Source of the DNA: Crocosphaera subtropica ATCC 51142
GTDB taxonomy: Bacteria > Cyanobacteriota > Cyanobacteriia > Cyanobacteriales > Microcystaceae
Reading direction: 5' to 3'
NCBI RefSeq assembly: GCF_000017845.1
Contig: NC_010546.1
Coordinates: 330,001-362,000, forward strand
Length of the DNA: 32,000 nt
The position numbers and the translations under genes are program-made. Under the pieces are notes generated by a model. It saw nothing but the letters and a program-made list of their open reading frames with translations. It was not told where the DNA came from and did no database searches. Below are positions 9,609-17,164 of this stretch, in pieces. Position 1 is the stretch's first letter; every line of letters begins with the position of its first letter.

Positions 9609-10028
9609 ATGAATTACTATCAACAATCATTGACCATTAAAACGAGAGGAAAAGACTTTCATCGCATTACCCGTGATGTTGAAAATGTCGTTAATCAATC
9701 GGGGATCGAAACGGGATTATGTACCATTTTCGTTAGACATACTTCGGCTTCTTTAATTATTCAAGAAAATGCTGATCCTGATGTTCTTACGGACTTAAGT
9801 CATTTCTTTTCTAAGTTAGTGCCTGAAGATTCTAAACTGTATGTTCATAGCACAGAGGGACCGGACGATATGCCGGCACATATTCGCTCAATGTTAACTA
9901 AAACCTCGGAACAAATTCCCATTTCTCAAGGTCGATTAGTGTTAGGAACGTGGCAAGGTATTTACTTATGGGAACATCGTCAGCGTAGTCATCAACGTCA
10001 AGTGGTTGTTCATATTAATGGGGAATGA
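9609..10028 (+). CDS. YjbQ/UPF0047 family protein (secondary thiamine-phosphate synthase)
   Basis: 139 aa. TRGKDFHRIT...GLCTIFVRHTSASLIIQENADPDV...HIRSMLT...LGTWQGIYLWEHR matches the YjbQ family pattern. Confidence 0.8.
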   Translation: MNYYQQSLTIKTRGKDFHRITRDVENVVNQSGIETGLCTIFVRHTSASLIIQENADPDVLTDLSHFFSKLVPEDSKLYVHSTEGPDDMPAHIRSMLTKTSEQIPISQGRLVLGTWQGIYLWEHRQRSHQRQVVVHINGE

Positions 10029-10049
10029 AGTCAGGAGTCAGGAGTCAGA
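10029..10049. repeat. STRR-type heptamer tandem repeat (3 units)
   Basis: AGTCAGG AGTCAGG AGTCAGA lies directly after the yjbQ-like stop codon (10026-10028). Confidence 0.8.
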
Positions 10050-10150
10050 ATTTTCATTACTGCTAACATCATTATCAATATTTCCTAATTAAAATAGGGA
10101 TTGCTTCGTTGTTATTGCTATCTTTGTTTATTTTTTCTTTGCTTAAAATC

Positions 10151-11434
10151 ATGAAACAAAACTTATTTGATAAAAGTGCTAATTCACTGGTTAAATTTAG
10201 TCGTCGTTGGGGTCGTCAAAGTTGGGTCATTTTCCTAGTTCTATTTGGTATCTATTTAACATTCATTCCTTTTACGTTTCCTTTTTCTGCTCAATCTCGT
10301 AATCAACCAGCAGAAATCAGAGGGGTTTGGTTAACGAATATTGATAGTGAGGTTTTATTCAATTCTCAAACCCTTACAGAAGGCATTAATACCCTTTCTG
10401 AACTAAACTTTAATACCTTATACCCGACAGTGTGGAATTGGGGTTATACGTTATATCCTTCTCAAGTTGCTAAATCTGTAGTCGGTAAAGAGTTAGACCC
10501 CACAGAAGGTTTACAAGGTCGAGATATTCTCAAAGAAATTGTTAAACAAGGACATGATAAAGGTATGTCTGTTATTCCTTGGTTTGAATTTGGTTTTATG
10601 GCACCGGCTGACTCTGAATTGGCAAAACGTCATCAAGATTGGTTAACGAAACGGCAAGATGATAGTACGGTTTGGGTTGAAGGGAATGTTCATGACAGGG
10701 TTTGGTTAAGTCCTTTTAACCCTGAAGTACAAGAATTCCTGACAAATTTATTGGTGGAAATTGTTACAAATTACGACATTGATGGCATTCAAGTTGATGA
10801 TCATTTCGGCATTCCCTTCGACTTTGGTTATGATGATGTTACCGTAGAACTCTATCAACAAGAACATAACGGAAAAATGCCACCCAACACTCCTAGTTAT
10901 TTGAAAATGGGAAGTAATAATTGTTTAGCTCAGGATACAGCTTGGACGGAATGGACAGAATGGAGAAATAATAAAATTACTGAATATATGGGAGAGGTTT
11001 TTGCCGCAGTAAAAGCGGTTAAACCTGATATTATCGTTTCCGTTTCTCCTAACCCTCAAACCTTCTCCAAAAATTGTTTTCTTTTGGATTGGCAAAGTTG
11101 GGAAAGAAAAGGACTGATAGAAGAATTAGTCTTACAAGTTTATCGTCAAAATATGGTGGATTTTGAACGGGAAATTAATCAACCCGAAGTTCGACAAGCT
11201 AAAGCACATATTCCCTTTGCTGTGGGAGTTTTATCTGGTTTAAAAGGTCGTCCGGTTCCCATGCAACGCATCAATGACCAAGTCAAAGCAACCCGTAATC
11301 AAAAGTTTGCGGGTGTCTCTTTCTTTTTCTATGAAAGCCTCTGGAACTTTGGTCCAAAATCATCCAATGAACGTCAATTTATGTTTAAACAAATGTTTCC
11401 CACTACGGTTAGTCGTCCCTTAAGTAAAGGATAG
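10151..11434 (+). CDS. Glycoside hydrolase family 10-like (GHL10/DUF187) protein with N-terminal signal-anchor
   Basis: RGVWLTNIDSEVL, WFEFGF and IDGIQVDDHFG resemble the TIM-barrel GHL10 family. ATG at 10151 is preferred over the track's TTG at 10109. Confidence 0.55.
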   Translation: MKQNLFDKSANSLVKFSRRWGRQSWVIFLVLFGIYLTFIPFTFPFSAQSRNQPAEIRGVWLTNIDSEVLFNSQTLTEGINTLSELNFNTLYPTVWNWGYTLYPSQVAKSVVGKELDPTEGLQGRDILKEIVKQGHDKGMSVIPWFEFGFMAPADSELAKRHQDWLTKRQDDSTVWVEGNVHDRVWLSPFNPEVQEFLTNLLVEIVTNYDIDGIQVDDHFGIPFDFGYDDVTVELYQQEHNGKMPPNTPSYLKMGSNNCLAQDTAWTEWTEWRNNKITEYMGEVFAAVKAVKPDIIVSVSPNPQTFSKNCFLLDWQSWERKGLIEELVLQVYRQNMVDFEREINQPEVRQAKAHIPFAVGVLSGLKGRPVPMQRINDQVKATRNQKFAGVSFFFYESLWNFGPKSSNERQFMFKQMFPTTVSRPLSKG

Positions 11435-11440
11435 TCTCTA

Positions 11441-11463
11441 GGGGTTTAGCAATGCTAAACCCC
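11441..11463 (+). terminator. GC-rich palindromic hairpin after the hydrolase gene
   Basis: GGGGTTTAGCAATGCTAAACCCC (arms of 11 nt, exact complement) starts 7 nt after the stop at 11434. Confidence 0.5.
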
Positions 11464-11637
11464 AGGAAAATTATCAATTTTAACTGAAAGCTATATGAAA
11501 CAATGTATTATATTTGTATTTCTAATGCTCAGAATTAACCAAAAAATAGTAATATTGGATACAAAAACATAGAAAAATGTTCACCATGATCAAAACTCTC
11601 TAAGAATTATTTTCAATAAACAACGCAAGAATGGGGG

Positions 11638-11667
11638 TTGACAAACCATACTACTTTTTTGTATCAT
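11638..11667 (+). promoter_or_regulatory. Near-consensus sigma70-type promoter in a ~590-bp AT-rich intergenic region
   Basis: TTGACA (11638-11643), an 18-nt spacer, then TATCAT (11662-11667). It lies ~360 nt upstream of the prohibitin GTG. Confidence 0.3.
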
Positions 11668-12028
11668 TTCAGAGAAAGTAACGGTAGGATGAGGAATAGT
11701 ATAGGCATATATAGGGTCTATTTTTGATTAGATTTTGTTACTTTAAGACTCATCTAAATTGTAGAAGTGAATAGTCAGGATAATAATATACAAGTCAAAC
11801 TCAGCAATTAATACTTTTATGTTCATCAAAGTTAGGAATAACTAGGTTTTGCTTACTCTAGTTTCTTTGGACCCCTTTTCTCTTGTCTATAGTTAATTTT
11901 TTGGTTTTTGGTGTAATAAGTCAGTCTGAATCATCGGATATGAATAGACAAAACAATATTTTTCCGACTACTGATTGCGGCCAAGAACCGCTAAGATCGA
12001 AACTAGGTAAGATTAAGGAGAAAGATTT

Positions 12029-12874
12029 GTGACTCGCCAATCAACCCCCAGCTTGCAACCCTTAATAGGTGGGATTATTGCTGCATTATTAGTCGTTATT
12101 AGTTTCAATTCATTTGTGGTCATTAACCCTGGACAAGCAGGGGTTTTAAGTATTTTAGGAAAGGCTCAAGATGGCGCATTATTAGAAGGAATTCACTTTA
12201 AACCCCCATTAGTGTCTGCTGTAGATGTTTATGATGTTACCGTCCAAAAGTTTGAAGTTCCGGCACAAAGTGCAACCAAAGATTTGCAAGATTTAAGCGC
12301 AAGTTTTGCTATTAATTTCCGACTTGATCCTGTGCAAGTTGTGACCATTCGACGCACCCAAGGAACCTTACAAAATATTGTTTCTAAAATTGTTGCCCCT
12401 CAAACTCAAGAATCATTTAAAATTGCTGCTGCTAAACGCACTGTAGAACAAGCTATTACCCAAAGAAGTGAACTCAAAGAAGACTTTGACAATGCCCTCA
12501 ATTCTCGCTTAGAAAAATACGGCATCATTGTCCTAGATACCAGTGTTATTGATCTTAACTTCTCTCCCGAATTTGCCAAAGCAGTAGAAGATAAACAGAT
12601 CGCAGAACAAAAAGCACAACGGGCTGTTTATATTGCCCAAGAAGCTGAACAAGAGGCACAAGCTGATATTAACCGCGCCAAAGGTAAAGCAGAGGCACAA
12701 CGGTTATTGGCAGAAACCTTAAAAGCCCAAGGGGGTGAATTGGTGCTACAAAAAGAAGCCATTGAAGCTTGGAAAGAAGGGGGCGCACAAATGCCCAAAG
12801 TGTTAGTCATGGGAGGAGAGAGTAACAGTAGTGTTCCTTTTCTCTTTAATTTCGGAGACTTGGCGACTCAATAA
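12029..12874 (+). CDS. SPFH/band-7 (prohibitin) family protein
   Basis: GTG start preceded by AAGGAG (12015-12020). An N-terminal TM helix is followed by an SPFH core (VVINPGQAGVLSILGK...) and an Ala/Glu/Gln-rich coiled coil (AEQKAQRAVYIAQEAEQEAQA). Confidence 0.85.
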   Translation: MTRQSTPSLQPLIGGIIAALLVVISFNSFVVINPGQAGVLSILGKAQDGALLEGIHFKPPLVSAVDVYDVTVQKFEVPAQSATKDLQDLSASFAINFRLDPVQVVTIRRTQGTLQNIVSKIVAPQTQESFKIAAAKRTVEQAITQRSELKEDFDNALNSRLEKYGIIVLDTSVIDLNFSPEFAKAVEDKQIAEQKAQRAVYIAQEAEQEAQADINRAKGKAEAQRLLAETLKAQGGELVLQKEAIEAWKEGGAQMPKVLVMGGESNSSVPFLFNFGDLATQ

Positions 12875-12884
12875 TTAAATAGCT

Positions 12885-12949
12885 GTAGGGTGGGCAATGA
12901 AAAACCTTACAATGGGTTATTTAGAAAATATTTGAGACATTGCCCACCT
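12885..12949. repeat. MITE-like hairpin element, copy A
   Basis: The arm GTAGGGTGGGCAATG (12885-12899) pairs with CATTGCCCACCT (12938-12949) across a ~38-nt AT-rich loop. A related copy lies at 26096-26158. Confidence 0.55.
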
Positions 12950-12963
12950 CATGTTTATGTAAT

Positions 12964-13623
12964 ATGACCAATTTTGCCATTAATGTTGATAATGTTAGCT
13001 TCAGTTGGCACGAAAATGCACAAGTGCTAAAGTCTTGCTCGTTGGCTGTGCCAGAAGGAGAATTTTGGATGCTGTTGGGGGCCAATGGCAGTGGTAAGTC
13101 GACCCTATTGAGACTGTTGACGAATCTGTTAACCCCCCAAACTGGAACCATTACCATGACTCCCCCAGTGGGCTTTGTCTTCCAAAACCCCGATCGCCAG
13201 TTAGTGATGCCGACAGTCGGGGCTGATATTGCTTTCGGGTTAGTGGAGGAGAAATTGCCCCCCTTAGAGGTGCGTTATCGTGTTAGGGAGGCGTTAACCG
13301 CTGTCAATCTATTAGAATTAGAACGAAGACCCATTTACGCCCTTAGTGGGGGTCAAAAACAGCGTATAGCGATCGCCGGGGCGATCGCTCGTCATTGTTC
13401 CGTTTTGTTATTGGATGAACCGACGGCATTACTCGATGCCGATACACAAATCGAGTTAGTGGAACAAGTACAAAATTTAGTTAAGAGTCGAGGCATTACT
13501 GCTTTATGGGTGACACATCGTTTAGAGGAGTTAAATTACTGTGACGGGGCGTTTTTATTGGAAGGGGGAAAGGTTGTGCAACAGGGTGATCCCCAACTAA
13601 TTAAAAAGAAAATTTCTCATTAG
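12964..13623 (+). CDS. ABC transporter ATP-binding protein (ECF/CbiO-like)
   Basis: Walker A GANGSGKST, signature LSGGQKQRIAIAGAIA, Walker B LLLDEPTALLD and H-loop VTHR are present. ATG at 12964 is preferred; the track's TTG at 12940 lies inside the hairpin element. Confidence 0.85.
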   Translation: MTNFAINVDNVSFSWHENAQVLKSCSLAVPEGEFWMLLGANGSGKSTLLRLLTNLLTPQTGTITMTPPVGFVFQNPDRQLVMPTVGADIAFGLVEEKLPPLEVRYRVREALTAVNLLELERRPIYALSGGQKQRIAIAGAIARHCSVLLLDEPTALLDADTQIELVEQVQNLVKSRGITALWVTHRLEELNYCDGAFLLEGGKVVQQGDPQLIKKKISH

Positions 13624-13636
13624 TTTGATTACTGTC

Positions 13637-13810
13637 TTAATAGTGATATCTTAACTGAGAGAGGAAGATAGCATCATTCTGAACTTTGTAAATAATTCGA
13701 TGTTCGTCATTAATTCTTCTCGACCAATAACCCGATCAATCATATTTTAATGGTTCAGGTTTACCCATTCCTTCAAAGGGCGAACATTTGAAGATTTTCT
13801 TAATAGGAAG
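13637..13810 (-). pseudogene. yoeB: YoeB/Txe-family toxin remnant (N-terminally deleted, in-frame TGA)
   Basis: The minus-strand frame reads ...KKIFKCSPFEGMGKPEPLKYD*SGYWSRRINDEHRIIYKVQNDAIFLSQLRYHY*. Compare E. coli YoeB ...[32 protein letters not shown]...CRYHY. The stop at 13736-13738 replaces the conserved Leu. Confidence 0.7.
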
Positions 13811-13946
13811 AAAAATCAGCTAAAGACATTAAAACAACCGGCTGATCATGATCTCTGGTAATTATAATGGGTTGATGGTTATTACAGACTTTTTCCATTA
13901 TGTCTGGTAAGTTCTCTTTAATTTGTCTATAGTTTACTTGATCCAT
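13800..13946 (-). pseudogene. yefM: YefM/Phd-family antitoxin, C-terminally truncated (48 aa)
   Basis: MDQVNYRQIKENLPDIMEKVCNNHQPIIITRDHDQPVVLMSLADFSSY* aligns with the N-terminal half of E. coli YefM (...ISYSEARQNL...[27 protein letters not shown]...). It is too short to appear in the ORF track. Confidence 0.65.
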
Positions 13947-14011
13947 AATTCAGTTAAATACTAGAATTTTCTATTTCTTACTTATATTACTTTTTCTATG
14001 CGATCGCTTTC

Positions 14012-14039
14012 AACTGATAACTGATAACTGTTAACTTTT
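14012..14039. repeat. STRR-type heptamer tandem repeat (4 units)
   Basis: AACTGAT AACTGAT AACTGTT AACTTTT spans the stop codon of the 14031..14384 ORF. Confidence 0.7.
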
Positions 14040-14384
14040 CGCTTGTTGACTATGATAAAGAAATAGGAAAAGTAACCCCATCGGCGCAATAAATAGAGCC
14101 AAACTCCAACAGAGTAACATAGTAAAGAATTTGATCACCAAGATCAGGAAAGGATTAATGATTAAGCCTTCATTTCCTGTTAAATAATTAATACTACTTC
14201 GGTAAGCGAAGCGTGAATAAGGGTAAAGAAAAGTATTGAAAAAAGAAAAAGCAAAAAGTTCGATAGAATATTCTTCGACGGAAAAAATAAATAAAATTGT
14301 TAGAAATAGACTAAAAATTAGATGGCGAAAATAATAGTCTAAAGAAAGACCACCGAAGGTTTTTCTTAAGATGGGATCAATCAT
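14031..14384 (-). CDS. Hypothetical small integral membrane protein (3-4 TM segments)
   Basis: 117-aa ORF rich in F/L/I with clear hydrophobic segments. No recognisable family motif. Confidence 0.45.
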   Translation of the reverse strand: MIDPILRKTFGGLSLDYYFRHLIFSLFLTILFIFSVEEYSIELFAFSFFNTFLYPYSRFAYRSSINYLTGNEGLIINPFLILVIKFFTMLLCWSLALFIAPMGLLFLFLYHSQQAKS

Positions 14385-14624
14385 TTTTATATTAACTCAG
14401 TAGCTTTTTAATCGGTTATAACAAAGTTATTGGTAACGGGTTATATTCTTAATATTTTTTTTCTTTTCTTTATTCTCTTTATTTTAAACAAGGTGAAAGA
14501 TATGAATTCTAAGCAGAGATTTTATACTCCTAGGTAGCCAAAACCGAGTTAACTTATAATGTTAAGATAAAAAAAGGGGTTAAAGTTCCCTTTTTGATAA
14601 TTATTCAATATATGGGAGCATAAC

Positions 14625-14912
14625 ATGACCCCAGAAGAAAGACTAAGCCAAATTGAGGCATTATTTGAAACAGCGGCTCGTTATACCGTTAGACATGAAG
14701 AGGCGATCAGTCGTAATGAAGAAGCGATCGCACGTCATGAGGAAACCTTAACCCGTTTAGATGAACAAATCATTCAAACGAATTTACGTATGGCTGAATT
14801 AGCGGAAATTGTTCGAGAATTAGGTCAATATCAAAGGGAAAGTTCTCAACGAATTGATCAAATTTGGGAATATTTAATGAGACAAAATGGTAATGGACGA
14901 GGATCTAATTAA
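14625..14912 (+). CDS. Hypothetical coiled-coil protein
   Basis: 95-aa ORF with three tandem 21-nt/7-aa units (RHEEAIS-RNEEAIA-RHEETLT) and a Gly/Asn tail (NGNGRGSN). A hairpin terminator follows. Confidence 0.5.
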   Translation: MTPEERLSQIEALFETAARYTVRHEEAISRNEEAIARHEETLTRLDEQIIQTNLRMAELAEIVRELGQYQRESSQRIDQIWEYLMRQNGNGRGSN

Positions 14913-14935
14913 TATTAAACTTTGATTCAATCATT

Positions 14936-14967
14936 AAAAAGACGGGCGTTAACCCGTCTTTTGTTTT
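14936..14967 (+). terminator. Rho-independent terminator
   Basis: AAAAA-GACGGG-CGTTAA-CCCGTC-TTTTGTTTTG. The A-run upstream makes it potentially bidirectional. The T-tract merges into the outermost CRISPR repeat. Confidence 0.7.
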
Positions 14968-15075
14968 GTTTCAACTAAGTTCTCTTATTAAAAGAGAGTT
15001 AATCAAAAGACTAGAAAAGATAGAGGAGGATCTTTATAAGTTTCCATTCAACTAAGTTCTCTTATAAAAAGAGAG
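14963..15075 (-). CRISPR. CRISPR mini-array 1 (2 repeats, 1 spacer) downstream of cas2
   Basis: Repeat A is 14963-14998 (GTTTTGTTTCAACTAAGTTCTCTTATTAAAAGAGAG) and repeat B is 15040-15075 (GTTTCCATTCAACTAAGTTCTCTTATAAAAAGAGAG); they match at 32/36 positions. The spacer is 41 nt. Minus-strand sense is inferred because the degenerate repeat is distal to cas2 and the sense repeat would end ...GTTGAATGGAAAC. Confidence 0.6.
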
Positions 15076-15119
15076 GGTACTCGCTGTAACCCCTATCCTG
15101 ACTAGAGTCTAGAAGCGGT

Positions 15120-15255
15120 TTGCGAGGGATAGCTTTATTGTAGTCTCAGAACATAAAAAAGACCTCCGTGAAATCGCTGAAATCCGCATCAGATAAGGGT
15201 GCGAGGGTTAGAACAAGATCATCAGGGTTACAGAGATTTTCCTTATCCCTCGCAA
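15120..15255. repeat. 136-bp element with perfect 12-bp terminal inverted repeats inside the putative leader of array 1
   Basis: TTGCGAGGGATA (15120-15131) has its exact reverse complement TATCCCTCGCAA at 15244-15255. A third partial copy GTGCGAGGGTTA is internal, as is the hairpin ATCATCAG...CTGATGAT. Confidence 0.45.
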
Positions 15256-15282
15256 GCTGATGATACAAAAATTAGATCCTCG

Positions 15283-15310
15283 GTAGGGGTTAACGGCCGT
15301 TAACCCCTAC
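15283..15310 (-). terminator. 28-nt perfect GC-rich palindrome (copy 1), likely hairpin terminator after cas2
   Basis: GTAGGGGTTAACGGCCGTTAACCCCTAC (12-bp stem, GGCC loop) lies 29 nt downstream of the cas2 stop. A second copy lies at 28022-28049. Confidence 0.5.
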
Positions 15311-15338
15311 AAAATATTAGGCCACGAAACCAGAACAA

Positions 15339-15698
15339 TTAGACAATGGTAGACGACGGGGGTTTTGTGAGGTCTTTCCCTCCCCAGAGTTCAACTTGTC
15401 CTAATGTATGATCAGAAATAGGATAAAAACGGATGCTATCCTCATCTAAGTTGACTCGTTCCTTCATTCGGGTACATAACTGTTTATATTGCGCTTTAGT
15501 TAAAACACATTCAAACACGGAATATTGAACCCGTTGGCCATAGCCTTCAAGAAGATCAGACACTTTTTTACGACGGCGATCGCATACAATATCATAGGTA
15601 ACAACATAAAACACATCAATTTTTTGTCCTGTGTGTGTGATTGCTTCGGGGGATTTTTGCTGAGAATCAAAGATAAATGTTGATTTTACCCCTCGCAA
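15339..15698 (-). CDS. cas2: CRISPR-associated endoribonuclease Cas2
   Basis: FYVVTYDIVCDRRRKKVSDLLEGYGQRVQYSVFECVL...SIRFYPI is a canonical Cas2 ferredoxin-fold sequence. The track start is TTG at 15698. An in-frame GTG at 15614 would give a typical 91-aa MFYVVTYDI... protein. Confidence 0.9.
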   Translation of the reverse strand: MRGVKSTFIFDSQQKSPEAITHTGQKIDVFYVVTYDIVCDRRRKKVSDLLEGYGQRVQYSVFECVLTKAQYKQLCTRMKERVNLDEDSIRFYPISDHTLGQVELWGGKDLTKPPSSTIV

Positions 15699-15717
15699 TG
15701 ACGAATTGATTGCTAAT

Positions 15718-16710
15718 TTATCGTATTAAATAAGGTTGATAACCGTAAGCAGGGGAATAGACAAATGCTTTATATCGTTTAACCTGCTGCATGAGAAGAT
15801 CCCAACGGGGTTGCTTTTCATCGGGGGTGGTTTGTACAGTTTCCTCCATACGTTGTACAAAATGCTTGAGATACTTTTTTCGTCCCGTATTATTGAGATA
15901 GCAACCGCCATCATGATATTCAAAATCATCGTCAGCGTTCATAATCCGACGATTAACCAGGTATAACACCAAAGAATCCACCATAGGGGCGCGAAACTCC
16001 TCAATTAAGTCAGAAGCTAAAGCGGCATGACGTTCGGAACCCTGATGTAAACAAGCTTGATAGGGATCAAGTCCTTGTAGTTCAATTAATGCTAACAAAT
16101 GATTCCATAACACCTGATAACCAAAACTCAACATCGCATTAACTGGGTTGCCAGGGGGACGACGGGAACGGGCTAGAAAAATAAATTCAGACGGGGTTAA
16201 ACAGTCACCAAAGGCAGAAAAATAAGTGCTTGCGCCGACTCCTTCAAACCCCATTAATCGCTCGATGGTTTCAGCAAGATTGGCCTGTTCAATTAAATAG
16301 TTTAAACTATCAATGGCAAAGAGAAGTTTATCGGATTGTAACCGTCTTTGTTGTCGTTGTAAAATGACGCGACAATTTTTTAGTTTAGCTTTAACCAATT
16401 CTCTTGCGGTTAATAATCGTTGCGAAAAATCTAATTGTTGTTGATAACGAGTAAGATGACGATAACCCCGTTTAAGGGACATAATACGTCCATAACAGTA
16501 ACCCATTCGTGAAAGATAGACAATAGGAATATTGCGCCAAAGACAAGCACGAATCGCTTGGGTAGTCATTTGAGATTTACCAAAAATAAGAACTTGTTCG
16601 ATTAAGGGTAATTGAATTTCTGCTAAAAGTTGTCGTTTTTTCTCCACTTTTAAAGTTTCTTGGTCAAGTTTAACATAACAGCCCTGTTGAGACACATATA
16701 AAGTTTTCAT
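15718..16710 (-). CDS. cas1: CRISPR-associated endonuclease Cas1
   Basis: MKTLYVSQQGCYVKLDQETLKV...LIFGKSQMTTQAIRACL...GFEGVGASTYF...RHAALASDLIEEFRAPMVDSLV carries the Cas1 E/H/D-E catalytic motifs. It is 330 aa. Confidence 0.95.
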   Translation of the reverse strand: MKTLYVSQQGCYVKLDQETLKVEKKRQLLAEIQLPLIEQVLIFGKSQMTTQAIRACLWRNIPIVYLSRMGYCYGRIMSLKRGYRHLTRYQQQLDFSQRLLTARELVKAKLKNCRVILQRQQRRLQSDKLLFAIDSLNYLIEQANLAETIERLMGFEGVGASTYFSAFGDCLTPSEFIFLARSRRPPGNPVNAMLSFGYQVLWNHLLALIELQGLDPYQACLHQGSERHAALASDLIEEFRAPMVDSLVLYLVNRRIMNADDDFEYHDGGCYLNNTGRKKYLKHFVQRMEETVQTTPDEKQPRWDLLMQQVKRYKAFVYSPAYGYQPYLIR

Positions 16711-16994
16711 TCCTTATCAATATTTTTACGTTCAATTTGTTGGGATTGTTGCCAACGGGTCAGATTTCCTGATTGATGAATAATCCGTTTCGGTGGAGGT
16801 GAAAAGGATAACCAAACTATGATAAAATCGCAAATTGAACAGACAATAAAAGTAGAAAATGTGACCAGAAAAGTATTAGTAATAACTGCAGCTAAACCCA
16901 AGGGGGCAATTAATAAAAGAGTAAGGGTAACAATACAATTGATAGCAGATGCTGCTATATTACGCACAAACGCAGCCCTTTTTGAGATATACAT
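16707..16994 (-). CDS. Hypothetical 95-aa two-TM protein, translationally coupled to cas1
   Basis: Its TGA overlaps the cas1 ATG (ATGA at 16707-16710). It has two hydrophobic helices (IAASAINCIVTLTLLLIAPLGLAAVI; TFLVTFSTFIVCSICDFIIVWLSF) and a basic/Gln-rich tail. No family was recognised. Confidence 0.5.
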   Translation of the reverse strand: MYISKRAAFVRNIAASAINCIVTLTLLLIAPLGLAAVITNTFLVTFSTFIVCSICDFIIVWLSFSPPPKRIIHQSGNLTRWQQSQQIERKNIDKE

Positions 16995-17164
16995 AGGAAA
17001 AATACTGTAAAATTCATTGTTTCTAATTTAACAAAAGTATTTAATTGAAGGCTAACAAAAGACAATATTGAGCATAAATTTTTGAAACCCTAGAAATAAG
17101 CTAAATAACAGTTTTTGATGGGGTTTTGGGTATCCTGTATAAAAATAGTCTTTTACTTGACAGT

